Assembly: GCA_963832165.1 (NCBI GenBank) | Contig: CAWHTE010000001.1 | Coordinates: 64,001 to 128,000 of the forward strand | Length of the DNA stretch: 64,000 bases | Source: an uncultured delta proteobacterium | GTDB taxonomy: Bacteria > Myxococcota_A > UBA9160 > SMWR01 | Direction: 5' to 3' | Part shown: piece by piece, positions 19,872 to 30,969 of the stretch | How the letters are laid out: every line of letters starts with the position of its first letter | How positions within the stretch are numbered: position 1 is the stretch's first letter | The notes under the pieces: generated by a model | What the model saw: the letters and a program-made list of their open reading frames with translations, nothing else | Told to the model about the DNA's origin: nothing | The model's database searches: none | Made by a program: the position numbers and the translations under genes

Positions 19872-21439
19872 ACAAGCGAGCGCGTCACGAACGAGCGGAG
19901 CGGCCAGTCGCCGCCCGCATCCTCGCCGAGCAGCGCGAGCGCATCGCGGCGCACGAGGTTGAACGTGCGCTCGGCCTGCTCGAGCGTCTCCTTCTGCGAG
20001 CGCGGCAGGCCGATCTGCGGCAGGAAGTCGATGTTCTCGAGCCCGTACGAGAACACGCCGCGGTTGCTGCGGTAGTAGTCGCCCTGCTCGCGCAGCGTCT
20101 CCTCCACGCGGCCGAACAGGCCGCGAAGTTCTCCATCGCGCGCAGCACCAGGTTGCGCAGGCGGAGCTGGCGTCGCAGCCAGCCCTCGTCGAGGTGCAGG
20201 TCGGTCATGAACGGCGCGACCCACAAGTTGTGGTAGGACGCGATGTCGAAATCCCACTTGAGCCGCATCAGCTCGTACGAGCCGATCATTCCGTACAGGC
20301 CGCGGTACAGGCGCATCACCGCCTCGTGGCGGAAGTCGAGGAAGCGGTCGTAGAGGTCGATCCGCTTCGCGAGCGCGTCGGCCGGCTCGCCGTCGGCCTC
20401 GCGCGCGACGATGTCGGTGATGAAGTCGCACTCGAGCGCGACGAAGTCGAGCCCGGGGCTGTAGAGCGGGTCGGTCGCGGTCGCGCCCTCGCCGACGAGC
20501 GCCCAGCGCCCGTGTCCGAGGAAGCGCTTCGTGCCGTAGGCGATCCGCGCGAAGCTGCCGTGATCGATCACCTTCGAGTCGGCGAGGATCTCGCGCAGCG
20601 CGCGGTGCCCGTCGAGGAACGCGCGGAACCCCTCCGGGCTGCGCACGACGCGATCGCGCGCGGGCGTTCCGACCACGCCGACGCTCGTGACCCCGCCGCG
20701 CAGCCGGATCAGCCACACCCAGTAGCCCGGGTTCAGGAAGTGGATCGTCGAGAGCCCGCGCGTGGTGTGGCGCACGCGGCCGTGGAACGTCTCGTCGCTC
20801 GATCCGGTCGACGTCGGCGAGCCCCTCGAAGCGGCCCCACGCCGAGCCGATCAGGTGATGCGGCTCGGGCACGCGCAGGCCGAGCTGGCGCGCGAGCGTG
20901 CCCTGGCGCCCGGCCGCGTCGATCACCCAGCGCGGACGCACGCGCTCGGTGCCCGCGGGTGTCTCGACGGTGAGCTCGTGGCGCTTGCGACCCTCGCCCA
21001 GCGCGATCTCGGTGACGCGCGCGCCGATCCGCACCTCGATGCCCTCGCTGCGGCACATCTCGATGAGGTCCGTCTCGAGCCGCGCGCGGTCGAGCTGGAA
21101 CGCGGCGTGGAACGGCAGGTTGATCGTGCCGAGCTCGCTCATCTCGGTGAGCGGGGTGTTGCGCTTCGGGCCGTCGAAGAAATAGCGGATGCCGTTCTTC
21201 GGCAGGTGATTCTCGTACAGGTACTGCGCGAGCTTCTGGCGGCGCACGAGGTAGTGCGCCGCGATCTCGACGGTCGACTCGCCGACCTTGAACGCTCCCC
21301 CGCCGCCGCCGCGCTCGAACACGGTGATCGAGAGATCCGGCAGGCGCATGCGCAGCTGGCGCGCGAGCAGCGTGCCCGCGATGCCGCCGCCGACGATCGC
21401 GACATCGGGCCCTGCGCTGCGCCTTCGGCGCCGCTTCAC
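19868..21439 (-). CDS. Flavin-dependent halogenase-like protein no. 1, frameshifts ~20810 and ~20120
   Basis: GGGIAG, KVGEST, HLPKNG (putative catalytic Lys), WVWLIR (variant of WxWxIP), DPLYSPG. Confidence 0.82.
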   Translation of the reverse strand: MKRRRRRSAGPDVAIVGGGIAGTLLARQLRMRLPDLSITVFERGGGGGAFKVGESTVEIAAHYLVRRQKLAQYLYENHLPKNGIRYFFDGPKRNTPLTEMSELGTINLPFHAAFQLDRARLETDLIEMCRSEGIEVRIGARVTEIALGEGRKRHELTVETPAGTERVRPRWVIDAAGRQGTLARQLGLRVPEPHHLIGSAWGRFEGLADVDRIERRDVPRPRAPHHARALDDPLPEPGLLGVADPAARRGHERRRGRNARARSRRAQPGGVPRVPRRAPRAARDPRRLEGDRSRQLRADRLRHEALPRTRALGARRRGRDRDRPALQPRARLRRARVRLHHRHRRARGRRRAGRRAREADRPLRPLPRLPPRGGDAPVPRPVRNDRLVRADAAQVGFRHRVLPQLVGRAVHDRPAPRRGLAATPAPPAQPGAARDGELRGLFGRVEETLREQGDYYRSNRGVFSYGLENIDFLPQIGLPRSQKETLEQAERTFNLVRRDALALLGEDAGGDWPLRSFVTRSLV

Positions 21440-22158
21440 AGCATCCCTCCGTTCACCGAGATCACCTGTCCCGTAACATAGGACGCACCCTCGGAGAAGA
21501 GAAACGCCACCACGGCCGCGACCTCCTCGGGCCGTCCGAGCCGGCGCATCGGGATCTGCGGCAGGAGCGGCTCCGCGGCTGCAGCGTCGACCATGTCGGT
21601 CTCGATCAGCCCGGGCGCGACGCAGTTCACGGTGATCTCGCGCTTCGCGAGCTCCTGCGCGAGCGACTTCACGGCGCCGATCAGGCCCGCCTTGGACGCG
21701 GCGTAGTTCACCTGCCCGCGGTTGCCGACGATTCCCGCCAGCGACGACATCGCGACGATCCGCCCGCCGTCGTGCGCGCGCACCATCGGCATCACGATCG
21801 GGTGCAGCGTGTTGTAGAACCCGTCGAGGTTCGTGCGCAGCACGCGGTCCCAGTTTTCGCCCGAGAGCGACGGAAACGCCGCGTCCGCGCGGACGCCCGC
21901 GTTGTGGACGGCGCCCCAGAACGGCCCGTGCTCGGCGATCGCGCGCTCGAGCTCGCTGCGGCACGCGTCGCGGTCGGCCACGTCGCAACACAAGAGCGTC
22001 GCTTCGGCGCCGAGCTTGCGCACTTCGTCGGCGACGGCGCGCGCGGCCTCGTGCTGGCTGCGGTAGTGGATCGCCAGCGCGAAGCCCTGCTCGGCGAGCG
22101 CGAGCGCCACCGCGCGCCCGATCCCGCGGCTCGCGCCCGTCACGAGCACGCGCCTCAT
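21436..22158 (-). CDS. fabG: 3-oxoacyl-ACP reductase (APE-type ketoreductase)
   Basis: [23 protein letters not shown] (YxxxK), ISVNGG. Confidence 0.92.
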   Translation of the reverse strand: MRRVLVTGASRGIGRAVALALAEQGFALAIHYRSQHEAARAVADEVRKLGAEATLLCCDVADRDACRSELERAIAEHGPFWGAVHNAGVRADAAFPSLSGENWDRVLRTNLDGFYNTLHPIVMPMVRAHDGGRIVAMSSLAGIVGNRGQVNYAASKAGLIGAVKSLAQELAKREITVNCVAPGLIETDMVDAAAAEPLLPQIPMRRLGRPEEVAAVVAFLFSEGASYVTGQVISVNGGML

Positions 22159-22610
22159 GCCGAGAATCTCGTGTGTCCGGAGAGGCCCGGCAGCACGTTG
22201 AGGCGAGCCTCGGCGAGCAGCTCGCCACCGGGCGCGTCGAACACCGCGCAGTCGAACGCGAGCAGCTCGCGGCGGCCCGCGGCGTGGCGGGCTGTCACCT
22301 CGAGGCGCTGTGCCGGGTCGAAGCCCGCGCAGTGGAACGTGACCCGGCGCGATCCGATCAAGAGCGCCGGCAGCTGCTCTTCGCCCCGCGCGCGCCTGCG
22401 CAGACTGCCGTCGGCGGCCGCGCACTGCGCCATGTACTCGAGCGCGATCCAAACGGGCACGCGGCCGCTGGCGTCGCGAAACAGCGGGCTCTGCGACGGA
22501 TTCACGCCGCAGCGCGTTCCGCCATCGTCGTGCCCGAGCACGCGCTCGAGCAGGCGCATCGCTCCGGCCTGGGGCAGCAGCTCGGCGATCGGCGGAAAGT
22601 CGCTCGTCAT
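22155..22610 (-). CDS. Hotdog-fold 3-hydroxyacyl-ACP dehydratase (ApeP-like)
   Basis: [14 protein letters not shown] ... [10 protein letters not shown] ... ARLNV. ATGA overlaps on both sides. Confidence 0.88.
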   Translation of the reverse strand: MTSDFPPIAELLPQAGAMRLLERVLGHDDGGTRCGVNPSQSPLFRDASGRVPVWIALEYMAQCAAADGSLRRRARGEEQLPALLIGSRRVTFHCAGFDPAQRLEVTARHAAGRRELLAFDCAVFDAPGGELLAEARLNVLPGLSGHTRFSA

Positions 22611-23330
22611 GCCCGGCTCCACAGATCCGGCGCGCGCTGCAGCATGCCCCCGATCAGGCGCAGATAGGCCCAGGCCAGGCGCGGATAGTCGCGCGCGAGG
22701 CTGAAGTGGGAGACGCCGTCGGGGGGGTAGATCACGCGCGTCGGCACCGTCGCGATCGGGGTTCCGTGCCACACCAGTCGCACGGCGAACTCGGGCTCGA
22801 AGTCCATCCAATCGCCCGTCTGCGACGATTCGAGCACCGTCGAGCGCGGGTGCGAGCGGCACACCGCGGAATCCGCACAGAGGATCGGGCACCGCGCGCG
22901 AGAGACACGCGAGCCACACCAGCCCGCGCGACAGCTGGCGCGCGTAGATGCGCGCGAGCGGAGCGCTCGCGTCGAACTCGGGCACGCCGAGCACGAGCGC
23001 GTCCGGGTGCGCGCGGATCGCGGCGACGAAGCGCGACACGTCGCCCGTGTCGTGCTGAGCGTCGGCGTCGAGCTGCACCACGTGCGTGAAGCCGCTCGCT
23101 GCGGCGGCGCGGTAGCCGGTCTTGAGCGCGGCTCCCTTGCCGCCGTTGCGCGCGCGCCGGACGACAGTCGTGCTCGCGCGCGCGGCGGTCACGCGCTGCA
23201 ACGCATCGCGCGTGGGCTGCGCGCTGCCGTCGTCGACGATCAGGCACGGAATGTCGGGAGGCAGCCCGGCCACGACCTTCTCGATGGTCGTCGGGTGGTC
23301 GAAGATCGGGATCAGGACGCAGATCTTCAT
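22607..23330 (-). CDS. Glycosyltransferase family 2, frameshift ~22835
   Basis: [27 protein letters not shown] (DxD), DPLCGFR, MDFEPE, GVSHF. Confidence 0.9.
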
Positions 23331-25075
23331 CGCCGGCGCTCCAGACGGCCGCGCCCGCTCGCGAACGATCGCTCGGCGCGGTCCGCGTCGCCGAGCGAGA
23401 AGCGGAAGCGGTCCGCGTCCTCGAGCGCGACGCGCAGCACCACCTCCTGTCCCGGCAGCAGCACGTCGTGGAACTTGAGCGCCTCGAGCGACGCGAGTAC
23501 GGGCGCCTCGCCGAGCAGCTCTTCGAGCGCCTGCATCGCGAAGTGCACCTGCACCGCCCCGGCGACCATGGGCGCGCCCGGGAAGTGTCCGTCGAGATGG
23601 GCCAGATCCCACGGGATGCGCAGGCGCATCTCGATCGCGTCGTCGGCGCGAGCGGTCGCGAGCAGCTCGGGCGCATCGGGCGGGGCGTCCGTGGCGAACA
23701 GCGCGCGCAGTGCTTCCTGGGTCACCTTGCCCTGCGCGTTGGTCGGCAACGCCGCCACGAAGCGCCACGCGCGCGGCACGAGCACGCGCTCGAAGTACGC
23801 GGCCAGATGCTCGGACAGCGCCTTCGCGAGCGCGCGGCGTCCGTCGGACGCCACCGCGTCCCAGGCCGTGGCCGACGGCACCACGACCGCCGCCACGCGC
23901 GGCTCGAGGGCCAGCAGCACCGCGTCCTGCACGCTCGCGTGCGCGCGCAGCCGCTCCTCCATGTCGGGCAGTGAGAGGCGCTTCTCGCCGACCTTGATCA
24001 CGCGGTCCGCGCGTCCGAGCAGATGAAACTCTCCGGTGTCGGTGAAGGACGCGCGGTCGCCGGTCACGAAGCGTTCGCGGCCGGTCGTGGCGGATTCGCC
24101 TGCGCTCACGAATGGCGATGTGATCGCGAGGCAGTCCGTCGCGGGATCGATGTCCGCCTCGACGCCGGGCATGAGCTGCCACGCTTCGTCGCCGCGCCGC
24201 TGCTGGCGCACCGCGGCGCCGCCCGTCTCCGTCGATCCGTACACCTCGATCGGCGCGTCGCCGAGCGTCTCGGCGGCGCGCAGCGCGAGGTCGGTCGCGA
24301 GCGGTCCTCCCGACGAGAAGATCGCGCGGCAGCTCGCGCGCCGCCGCGATAGCTCTCCGCGCTCCACGAGATGGCGCAGCGTGACCGGCGTCGTCACCAC
24401 GGCGAACGGTACGTCGCCGCTCGAGTGTGGCGCGAGCTCCTCGGGGTGCAGCACCGCGCTGCGCAGGAACGGCCGGCCGCTCGCGAGCGGCCACAACACG
24501 CGGAACAGCAGGCCGTAGAGGTGCTGGGGCGCGACGGTCGCGAGGATCCGCGCGTCGGGGCCGAGCTGCGCCGCGAAGCGCTGCTCGAGCACCGCGACCT
24601 CGTCCTCGAGGTGGCGCACCGCCTTCTCGATGCGCCGGCCCTCGCCGGTCGTGCCCGACGTGAACAGCACCGCGAGCGGCGCGTCGCGATCGAGTCGCAC
24701 CGGGGGCTGCGCACCAGCCGCGCCCGCGGCCTCGAGCGGGTGCCAGCACGGCAGATCGGAGAGCGCGTCGGGGGGATCTCCGTCGAACAACGCGCCGTGC
24801 ACCTTCTGCGCGAGCTCGCGCAGCATCGCGGGCTGACGCGACGGTGCGAGCACCGCGCGGGCGCCCGTGTGCGCGATCGCGAGCAGCCCGACGGCGAATG
24901 CGTAGACGTCGTCGCAGTGCAGCAGGAGATCTCTGCCCTGGGCGGGCGACAGGCGCGCCGCGAGCGCGGCCACGTCGCGCCGCAGGTCCGCGTCGCTGCG
25001 CTCGCCCTCGCGGCCGAACGCCACGAGCCGGTCGCCGCGCGGCTCCGCCGCGAACCAATGCGAGAGGCCGAGCAC
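23327..25075 (-). CDS. Acyl-AMP ligase fused to a C-terminal ApeI-like dehydratase
   Basis: FTSGTTG, YGSTETGG, GRADRVIK, NAQGK; C-terminal DGHFPGAPMVAG. Confidence 0.9.
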   Translation of the reverse strand: MLGLSHWFAAEPRGDRLVAFGREGERSDADLRRDVAALAARLSPAQGRDLLLHCDDVYAFAVGLLAIAHTGARAVLAPSRQPAMLRELAQKVHGALFDGDPPDALSDLPCWHPLEAAGAAGAQPPVRLDRDAPLAVLFTSGTTGEGRRIEKAVRHLEDEVAVLEQRFAAQLGPDARILATVAPQHLYGLLFRVLWPLASGRPFLRSAVLHPEELAPHSSGDVPFAVVTTPVTLRHLVERGELSRRRASCRAIFSSGGPLATDLALRAAETLGDAPIEVYGSTETGGAAVRQQRRGDEAWQLMPGVEADIDPATDCLAITSPFVSAGESATTGRERFVTGDRASFTDTGEFHLLGRADRVIKVGEKRLSLPDMEERLRAHASVQDAVLLALEPRVAAVVVPSATAWDAVASDGRRALAKALSEHLAAYFERVLVPRAWRFVAALPTNAQGKVTQEALRALFATDAPPDAPELLATARADDAIEMRLRIPWDLAHLDGHFPGAPMVAGAVQVHFAMQALEELLGEAPVLASLEALKFHDVLLPGQEVVLRVALEDADRFRFSLGDADRAERSFASGRGRLERRR

Positions 25076-25085
25076 GGCTACTCGC

Positions 25086-25373
25086 CTAAGCGTTCGCGCG
25101 GTCGGCCCCTGCGCGCTGGTCGGCCACGAACGCCGCGAGGCTCGAGACGGAAGCGAAGATTCTCTGGTTGCGCTCCGGATCGTCTTCGATCGCGACGCCG
25201 TAGCGCTCCTCGAGCGCCATGGCGAGCTCGAGTGCGTCGATCGAATCGAGTCCGAGCCCTTCGACGAAGAGCGGAGCGTCGGTCTCGATCTCCTCGGGCT
25301 GAACGTCTTCGAGCGCGAGCGCTTCGACGATCAGCTTCTTGATCTCGGCCTCGAGCCCACTAGCAGATGCCAC
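25086..25373 (-). CDS. Acyl carrier protein (APE-type)
   Basis: GLGLDSIDALEL phosphopantetheine site. Confidence 0.93.
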   Translation of the reverse strand: MASASGLEAEIKKLIVEALALEDVQPEEIETDAPLFVEGLGLDSIDALELAMALEERYGVAIEDDPERNQRIFASVSSLAAFVADQRAGADRANA

Positions 25374-26214
25374 GGTCCCACCTCTTCTCGAAATAGTCCT
25401 GGAGTGCGGCGGTCAGGCGCCGGGCGCCGGCTGACATCGATTCGCCCTCGCGCAGATGATCGGCGGGATGGATCGGGTCCCCCACCTCCACGCGCCATAC
25501 CGGACACCGCTCGGGGACATCGGCGAACGCCTGTCCCTTCATCAGCGTGCGAGGGTGTACGCTGATCACGACCGGCACGATGTCACATCCCGCGAGCAGC
25601 GCAATCTGCGCGGCGCCGCGTTCGAAGGCGCGCAGGCCCTCGGGCGGCGTGCGCGAGCCCTCGGGATACACCACGAGGTTTCGCCCCGCGCGCAGGCGCT
25701 CGATCGCGTGGCGCACCATCACCGGACCGCGCTCGGCGCGCAGATAGCCCGCCCCCTCGACGCAGCGGCGCAGGAACGGGTTGTCGCCCCAGTCCGCGTT
25801 CACGATCAGATCGGCCTGGGGCATCACGCTGAGCAGGATCGGTGTGTCGATCAGCGAGGGATGGTTGGCCACCACGACGACCGGGCCCCTGCGAAGCGCC
25901 TCACCGCCGTGCACCGAGACGCGCGCCACGCCGCACGCATGGCTGAAGCGTACCCAGAGCCCCATCCCGCGATGGATCGCGTACTGCGCGCGCAGGTCGG
26001 TGCCGTGGCCTCGACCGCGCAGTCGCGCGGCGAGGCGTTGCAGTGGCAGCACGATGAACCCGAGCGCGAGCGTGTCGAGCGCGAAGGTCGCGAAGCCGAG
26101 CGCCCGCAGCGCGACCCGCCACGGCCGGAACGGCGCGGCCGGGGTCGCTCGCACGTTGGCCGACTTCGCATTTTCCTGAATCACTGTGGCCACTTGTGCG
26201 CGCAAGTCTATCAC
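25360..26214 (-). CDS. Lysophospholipid acyltransferase family (ApeD-like)
   Basis: ANHPSLID (HxxxxD) and YPEGSRT. The true start may be downstream. Confidence 0.9.
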   Translation of the reverse strand: MIDLRAQVATVIQENAKSANVRATPAAPFRPWRVALRALGFATFALDTLALGFIVLPLQRLAARLRGRGHGTDLRAQYAIHRGMGLWVRFSHACGVARVSVHGGEALRRGPVVVVANHPSLIDTPILLSVMPQADLIVNADWGDNPFLRRCVEGAGYLRAERGPVMVRHAIERLRAGRNLVVYPEGSRTPPEGLRAFERGAAQIALLAGCDIVPVVISVHPRTLMKGQAFADVPERCPVWRVEVGDPIHPADHLREGESMSAGARRLTAALQDYFEKRWDRGIC

Positions 26215-26331
26215 CCGGCGAATCGCGGTCGCAATCGAATACGGCCGGGCGCCGCACTGTCGCCGCGTTAGAATCCGCCCGTTTTGCGGCGATCTCCGGC
26301 CTCACACCGACGGTATCGATCGCGGGGCGCC

Positions 26332-26961
26332 GTGCGGATCGCGGCGCTGTGCGCGGGAGTGCTGCTCGCGCTGCCGGCGTCGGGCGAGCCGCCCGCGACG
26401 CTCGAGGCGCTGATGCAGGGCATGGCCGGGGCGCCGGGCGTGGTGGCCCGCTTCCGCGAGCAGAAGCAGCTCGCGCTGCTCTCCGAGCCGCTCGAATCGC
26501 GCGGCACGCTCTACTTCGTGCCGCCGAATCGGCTCAGCCGCGAGACGAGCGAGCCCAGCCAGACGCGGCTCGTGATCGACGGGGACCGCTTCTTCTTCCG
26601 GGACGCCGCCGGGAGCGAGGCGATGGATCTCTCCGCGAGCCCGATTGCGCGCGCGTACGTCAGCAACTTCATCGTGCTGTTCAACGGAGATCTCGCGGCG
26701 CTGCGCCAGCGCTACGAGCCACGCTTCACCGCCGACGCGAAGGGCTGGACGCTCGAGCTCGTGCCGCGCGCAAAGCGGCTGCGCGAGTTCATCGAGCGCG
26801 TGACGCTCGTGGGTCACGCGCGCACGCTCGACCGGATGGAGCTCGTCGAGGTGGGCGGCGACCGCACGACCACATGGTTCGAGGCGGTGCGCACCGATCG
26901 CGCGTTCAGCGACGAGGAGCTCGCGCAGATCTTTCGGAAGCCGTCCGCTCCCGTGCAATGA
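26332..26961 (+). CDS. LolA-like lipoprotein carrier (ApeL-like)
   Basis: Signal peptide, ARFREQKQLALLSEPLESRG, WTLELVP. Confidence 0.88.
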   Translation: MRIAALCAGVLLALPASGEPPATLEALMQGMAGAPGVVARFREQKQLALLSEPLESRGTLYFVPPNRLSRETSEPSQTRLVIDGDRFFFRDAAGSEAMDLSASPIARAYVSNFIVLFNGDLAALRQRYEPRFTADAKGWTLELVPRAKRLREFIERVTLVGHARTLDRMELVEVGGDRTTTWFEAVRTDRAFSDEELAQIFRKPSAPVQ

Positions 26962-29324
26962 GCGATCGCGCGATCCGCTGGCTGTTCGGGGTCGTGCTCG
27001 CCGCGCTCGGAGCGTGGACCGCGACGCACGTCGAGCTCTCCACGGACATCAGCCGCTTCATGCCGGCCGAGAGCGATGCCGAGCTGGCCTCGCTGGCGTC
27101 GCGGCTCTCGGACAGCGAGCTCACGCGCACGATGATCCTGACCGTGGGCGCGCCAGACCCCGTTGCGGCCGTGGCCGCCGCGCGCTCGCTCGCCGAGCGC
27201 CTGCGCGCGCACCCCGAGCTCGAGAGCGTGCGCAGCGGCGTCGACCCCGAGCAGCTCGAGGAGGTGTATCGGCTCTACTTTCCGCGCCGCCACGCCTTCG
27301 TCTCCGAGGATCCCGAGCGCGAGATCCCCGCGCTCGCGGCGCCCGACGCGCTGCGCCGGCGCGCGCGCGAGGTGCGCGAGAGCCTCGCGCTCCCGACCGC
27401 CGCGCTGACCAAGCGCCTCGCGACGAGCGATCCGATCGGCGCATTCGAGCGACTCGTCGGACGGCTGCGCAGCCAACGGCCGCCGCTCGACATGCTCGAC
27501 GGCAGCTTCGTCACGCCCGACCACCGTTTCGCGGTGGTGTTCCTCACCACGCGCTCCTCCGCGTTCGACTCCGATCCGCAGGCGCGCCTGCTCGCGGACA
27601 TCGACGCGGCGTTCGCAGAGATCGCGGGCGCGAGCTCTGCTCCGCTCGCGCTCGAGAAGAGCGGCGCGAACCGCTTCGCCGTGGCCGCCGAGGCCGGCAT
27701 CCGGCGCGACATGAACTGGATCATCGCGGTGTCGTCGCTCGGCGTCGCGGTGGTGTTCATCGCGTTCCTGCGCTCGCTGCACTACTTCCTGCTCGTGGTG
27801 CTGCCCGCGGTGTCGGGAATCGTCGTCGCGACCGCGGTCACGCGGCTCGCGTTCGGGCGCATCGACGGTGTCACGATGGCGTTCGGCGCGTCGCTGATCG
27901 GCGTCGCGATCGACTACTCGATCCACGTGCTCGACCACCACGCGCTCGATCCGAGCGCCGAGATCCGCACGCTCGTGCGCAAGCTGCGCGCGTCGGTCGC
28001 AGTGGGCGGGCTCACCACGATGGCGAGCTTCGTCGGGCTCGCGTTGACCTCGTTCCCGGGCTTCCGCGAGATCGGTTTCTTCTCGACGGTGGGGATCGGC
28101 GTCTCGATCGCGGTGACGCTGTTCGTGCTGCCCGCGTTCCTGTCGGGCGAGCTGCCGGGGCGATCGGTTCCGCCGCTCGCCGCGCGCGTCTCGGGGGCGT
28201 TCGGCGACGCGGTGCGCGGGCTCGCGGCGCGCCCGCGCGTGCTCGCGCTCGTGCCGATCGCGTGCATCGCCGCGACGGCGGTGTTCGCGCCGCGGCTGGA
28301 TTTCGACGACGACCTCACGCATCTCATGTCGCTCGATCCCGGGCTGCGCGCCGAGGAGGAGCGCGTGCGCGCGCGCGTCGCGCGCGAGGATTCCGGGCGC
28401 GTGATCTTCGCGCTCGGCGCCGACGCCGACGAAGCGGTCGCGCGCAACGACGCGGTGGCGGAGCGGCTCGCGGCCGCCCACGCGGCGGGGCGGATCGGCG
28501 AGTTCCGCTCGCTGCACGCGCTGCTCTGGTCGCGCGAGCTGCAGCAGCGCAACCTCGCCGCGCTCGGTGCGATCCCCGACCTCGCCGACCGCGTCGAGGC
28601 TGCGTTCGCAGCCGAGGGCTTTCGCGCGGAGGCGCTCGCGCCGTTCCGCGCCGCGCTCGCCGAGCCCGCGCCTGCGCCGCTCGACGCAGCGGCGCTGCGC
28701 GCCTCACCGCTGCGCGATCTCGTCGCGCCGCTGCTGCTCGATCTCGGCGACCAGGCGGCGGCCGTCACCTATCTGCGCGGGAGCTCCTCGGTCGAGCAGC
28801 TCGAAGGCGAGCTCGCGGGCCTCGAGCACGTACACGTGTTCGATCAGGGGCGATTCGCGAACGCGATCTACCGCGAGTTCCGCATCACCACGATCGAGCA
28901 GATCGGCGTGGGCAGCGGCCTCGTCCTGCTCGTGCTCGCGCTCTACTACCGGCGCCTGCGGCCCGCGCTCGCGGCATTCCTGCCCTCGCTGCTGGTCGCG
29001 GGCGCCGTGGTTGCGGTGTTCGCGGCCGTCGGCGCGCCGATGAACCTCCTGCACGTGACGAGCCTCGTGATGGTGATGGGCATGGGCGTCGACTACGGCG
29101 TGTTCCTCGTCGACAGCGCGCGCGACCGCAAGGAGCTCGACGGCACGCTCTTCTCGCTCTTCCTGTCCTGTCTCACCACGGTGTTCGTGTTCGGCACGCT
29201 CGCGATCTCCGAGCACACCGCGCTGCGCGCGATGGGCGCGACCACGGGCCTGGGCATCCTGCTCTCGTTCGCACTCGCGCCCGTGACGCTGTTGCTGTTG
29301 CCGCGAGCCGAGCGCACGCCGTGA
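26958..29324 (+). CDS. MMPL/RND-type exporter (ApeM-like)
   Basis: Two membrane repeats with LIGVAIDY and MGMGVDYGVF; ATGA overlap with the LolA-like gene. Confidence 0.9.
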   Translation: MSDRAIRWLFGVVLAALGAWTATHVELSTDISRFMPAESDAELASLASRLSDSELTRTMILTVGAPDPVAAVAAARSLAERLRAHPELESVRSGVDPEQLEEVYRLYFPRRHAFVSEDPEREIPALAAPDALRRRAREVRESLALPTAALTKRLATSDPIGAFERLVGRLRSQRPPLDMLDGSFVTPDHRFAVVFLTTRSSAFDSDPQARLLADIDAAFAEIAGASSAPLALEKSGANRFAVAAEAGIRRDMNWIIAVSSLGVAVVFIAFLRSLHYFLLVVLPAVSGIVVATAVTRLAFGRIDGVTMAFGASLIGVAIDYSIHVLDHHALDPSAEIRTLVRKLRASVAVGGLTTMASFVGLALTSFPGFREIGFFSTVGIGVSIAVTLFVLPAFLSGELPGRSVPPLAARVSGAFGDAVRGLAARPRVLALVPIACIAATAVFAPRLDFDDDLTHLMSLDPGLRAEEERVRARVAREDSGRVIFALGADADEAVARNDAVAERLAAAHAAGRIGEFRSLHALLWSRELQQRNLAALGAIPDLADRVEAAFAAEGFRAEALAPFRAALAEPAPAPLDAAALRASPLRDLVAPLLLDLGDQAAAVTYLRGSSSVEQLEGELAGLEHVHVFDQGRFANAIYREFRITTIEQIGVGSGLVLLVLALYYRRLRPALAAFLPSLLVAGAVVAVFAAVGAPMNLLHVTSLVMVMGMGVDYGVFLVDSARDRKELDGTLFSLFLSCLTTVFVFGTLAISEHTALRAMGATTGLGILLSFALAPVTLLLLPRAERTP

Positions 29325-29783
29325 CGTCGAGCGCTCGCGTCGCCGCGCTCGCTGCGTTCGCGCTCGGCTGCGCCGCGTTCCCGCTCGCGGCTCCGCCGCG
29401 GATCGCCGACTGCGGCGGGCCGCTGCTCTCGACCGCCGAGATTCCGGGCGGGAACTTCCGGCTGCGCGAGCGCGTACGGATCGCGGGCGGCGGCGTCGAC
29501 CTCGCGCTCGAAGTGCTCGCGGAGCGGCGCGCGGATCGCCTGGTCGTCGTCGCGTTCAACGAGTTCGGGGCGCCGGGTGTTCTCTGCGGTGCAGAGCGGA
29601 CTCGAGGTCGAGACCGAAACGAAGCTCGGCCGCGCGCTCGCGGTGTCGCCCGAGAACGTGCTGCGCGATCTGCACGAGGCGCGGTTCTTCCACCCGGAGT
29701 CGGGCGAGCGGACCGTCGTGCGCAGGACCGGCTGCGACTACAGCGCCACGTTCGTGCGCGTCGAGCGCCGGCCGCTGCGCTGA
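29321..29783 (+). CDS. DUF3261-like lipoprotein (ApeN-like), frameshift ~29575
   Basis: GTGA overlap, lipobox ALGC, LVVVAFNEFG ... PENVLRDL; follows the MMPL gene. Confidence 0.65.
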
Positions 29784-29804
29784 GCTCCGACCGGGGTCGG
29801 AGCT
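29783..29804. terminator. Perfect hairpin after the LolA-MMPL operon
   Basis: AGCTCCGAC-CGGG-GTCGGAGCT; no U-tract. Confidence 0.4.
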
Positions 29805-29894
29805 GGTCTGGATTCCGCGCACGCACACAGTATTGTTCCGCCGCCCCCCTCCTCGCTCCCGCGGCCTGAATTGCCCAACTCGGGGAGGAATCCG

Positions 29895-30968
29895 ATGAAG
29901 CGCCGATCGTGCGTCTTCGGCTCGGTGGCGATCAGTCTCTGCTTGGGGGGCGGTCCGATCGCCGCGGAGGAATCCGCGCCGGCGCCCGAGATCGTCGAGG
30001 AGGAATCGGCGCCCGTGCCGGAGGTTGCCGCGCCCGTCGCCGCGGCGGAGGACACCGGAGCCGGCAACGCGGGCAGCCGGGGGTTCCATATCGTCGGCGA
30101 GCTCCTGATCGTCCAGCCCACGCTCGACGACAGCTACTTCGTGTTGACCGCACCGAGCTCGAACGTCCCGAGCGGACAGCGCAAGAACAACGAGTACGAC
30201 GGCGAGCCCGCGTTCCGCTTCGGGGTCGGCTACGCGGTCGGCGACACGGGCCGCGAGCTCGAGCTCGGCTACACGTGGATCGACGCCGAGGCGTCGGAGA
30301 CGGTCGGTGGGACCAATCTGTCGGCGGCGCTCGGGAGCCCCGACTTCGCCAGCTCGTTCGAAGACTACGCCGGGGTCGCGTCGGCCGATTCCGAGTTCTC
30401 GTTCCAGCGCATCGACGCGCAGGTGATCCAGTCGTGGGACCTCTCGGACGCGGAGTTCAACCTCCGGTTCGGCGTCGAGTGGGTCGACTTCCGCGTCTCC
30501 GAGGAATACGTGTTCGTGAACGCAGTGACGGCGGGCCTGGTCCATGGCGCGTCGCGCAGCTGGGGCATCGGCCCCGACGTCGGTATCGGTCTCCGCTACG
30601 ACATCTGTCAGGCGTGCGGCATTCCGGGCGTGTTCTCGCTGAACCTGGGCTCCTCGGTTGGACTCGTGCTCGGCGAGACCCACTCGCGCACGACCGAGCT
30701 GATCACGGGAGTCGCCCCGAACGCGGTGCGCGACGACGAGACCTCGCGCGTGATCCCGTCGCTGCACGCGCGCGGCGGATTCAGCTACGCGGTTCCGGTC
30801 GCGGAGCGCGTCGGCCTTTCGGTCAACGTCGGCTACCAGATCGACAGCTATCTCGACGGCGCCCGGCGCATCGCGTTCGTGGACGACGTCGCGGACGGGC
30901 TCGCCTCGACCGACAGCTACGACGTGAGCGTGCAGGGGCTCTACGCGTCGCTGGGTGTCGTGTTCTAG
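29895..30968 (+). CDS. Outer-membrane beta-barrel porin (Lpg1974/Legionella MOMP-like)
   Basis: Signal peptide, EPAFRFGVGY, WGIGPDVG, alternating strands, terminal Phe (ASLGVVF). Confidence 0.75.
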   Translation: MKRRSCVFGSVAISLCLGGGPIAAEESAPAPEIVEEESAPVPEVAAPVAAAEDTGAGNAGSRGFHIVGELLIVQPTLDDSYFVLTAPSSNVPSGQRKNNEYDGEPAFRFGVGYAVGDTGRELELGYTWIDAEASETVGGTNLSAALGSPDFASSFEDYAGVASADSEFSFQRIDAQVIQSWDLSDAEFNLRFGVEWVDFRVSEEYVFVNAVTAGLVHGASRSWGIGPDVGIGLRYDICQACGIPGVFSLNLGSSVGLVLGETHSRTTELITGVAPNAVRDDETSRVIPSLHARGGFSYAVPVAERVGLSVNVGYQIDSYLDGARRIAFVDDVADGLASTDSYDVSVQGLYASLGVVF

Positions 30969-30969
30969 T

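Noticed and set aside
23327..25075. Ligase-dehydratase fusion as a novelty
   Set aside because: Such ligase and dehydratase genes are standard neighbours in APE-type clusters, and I recall fusions being common.
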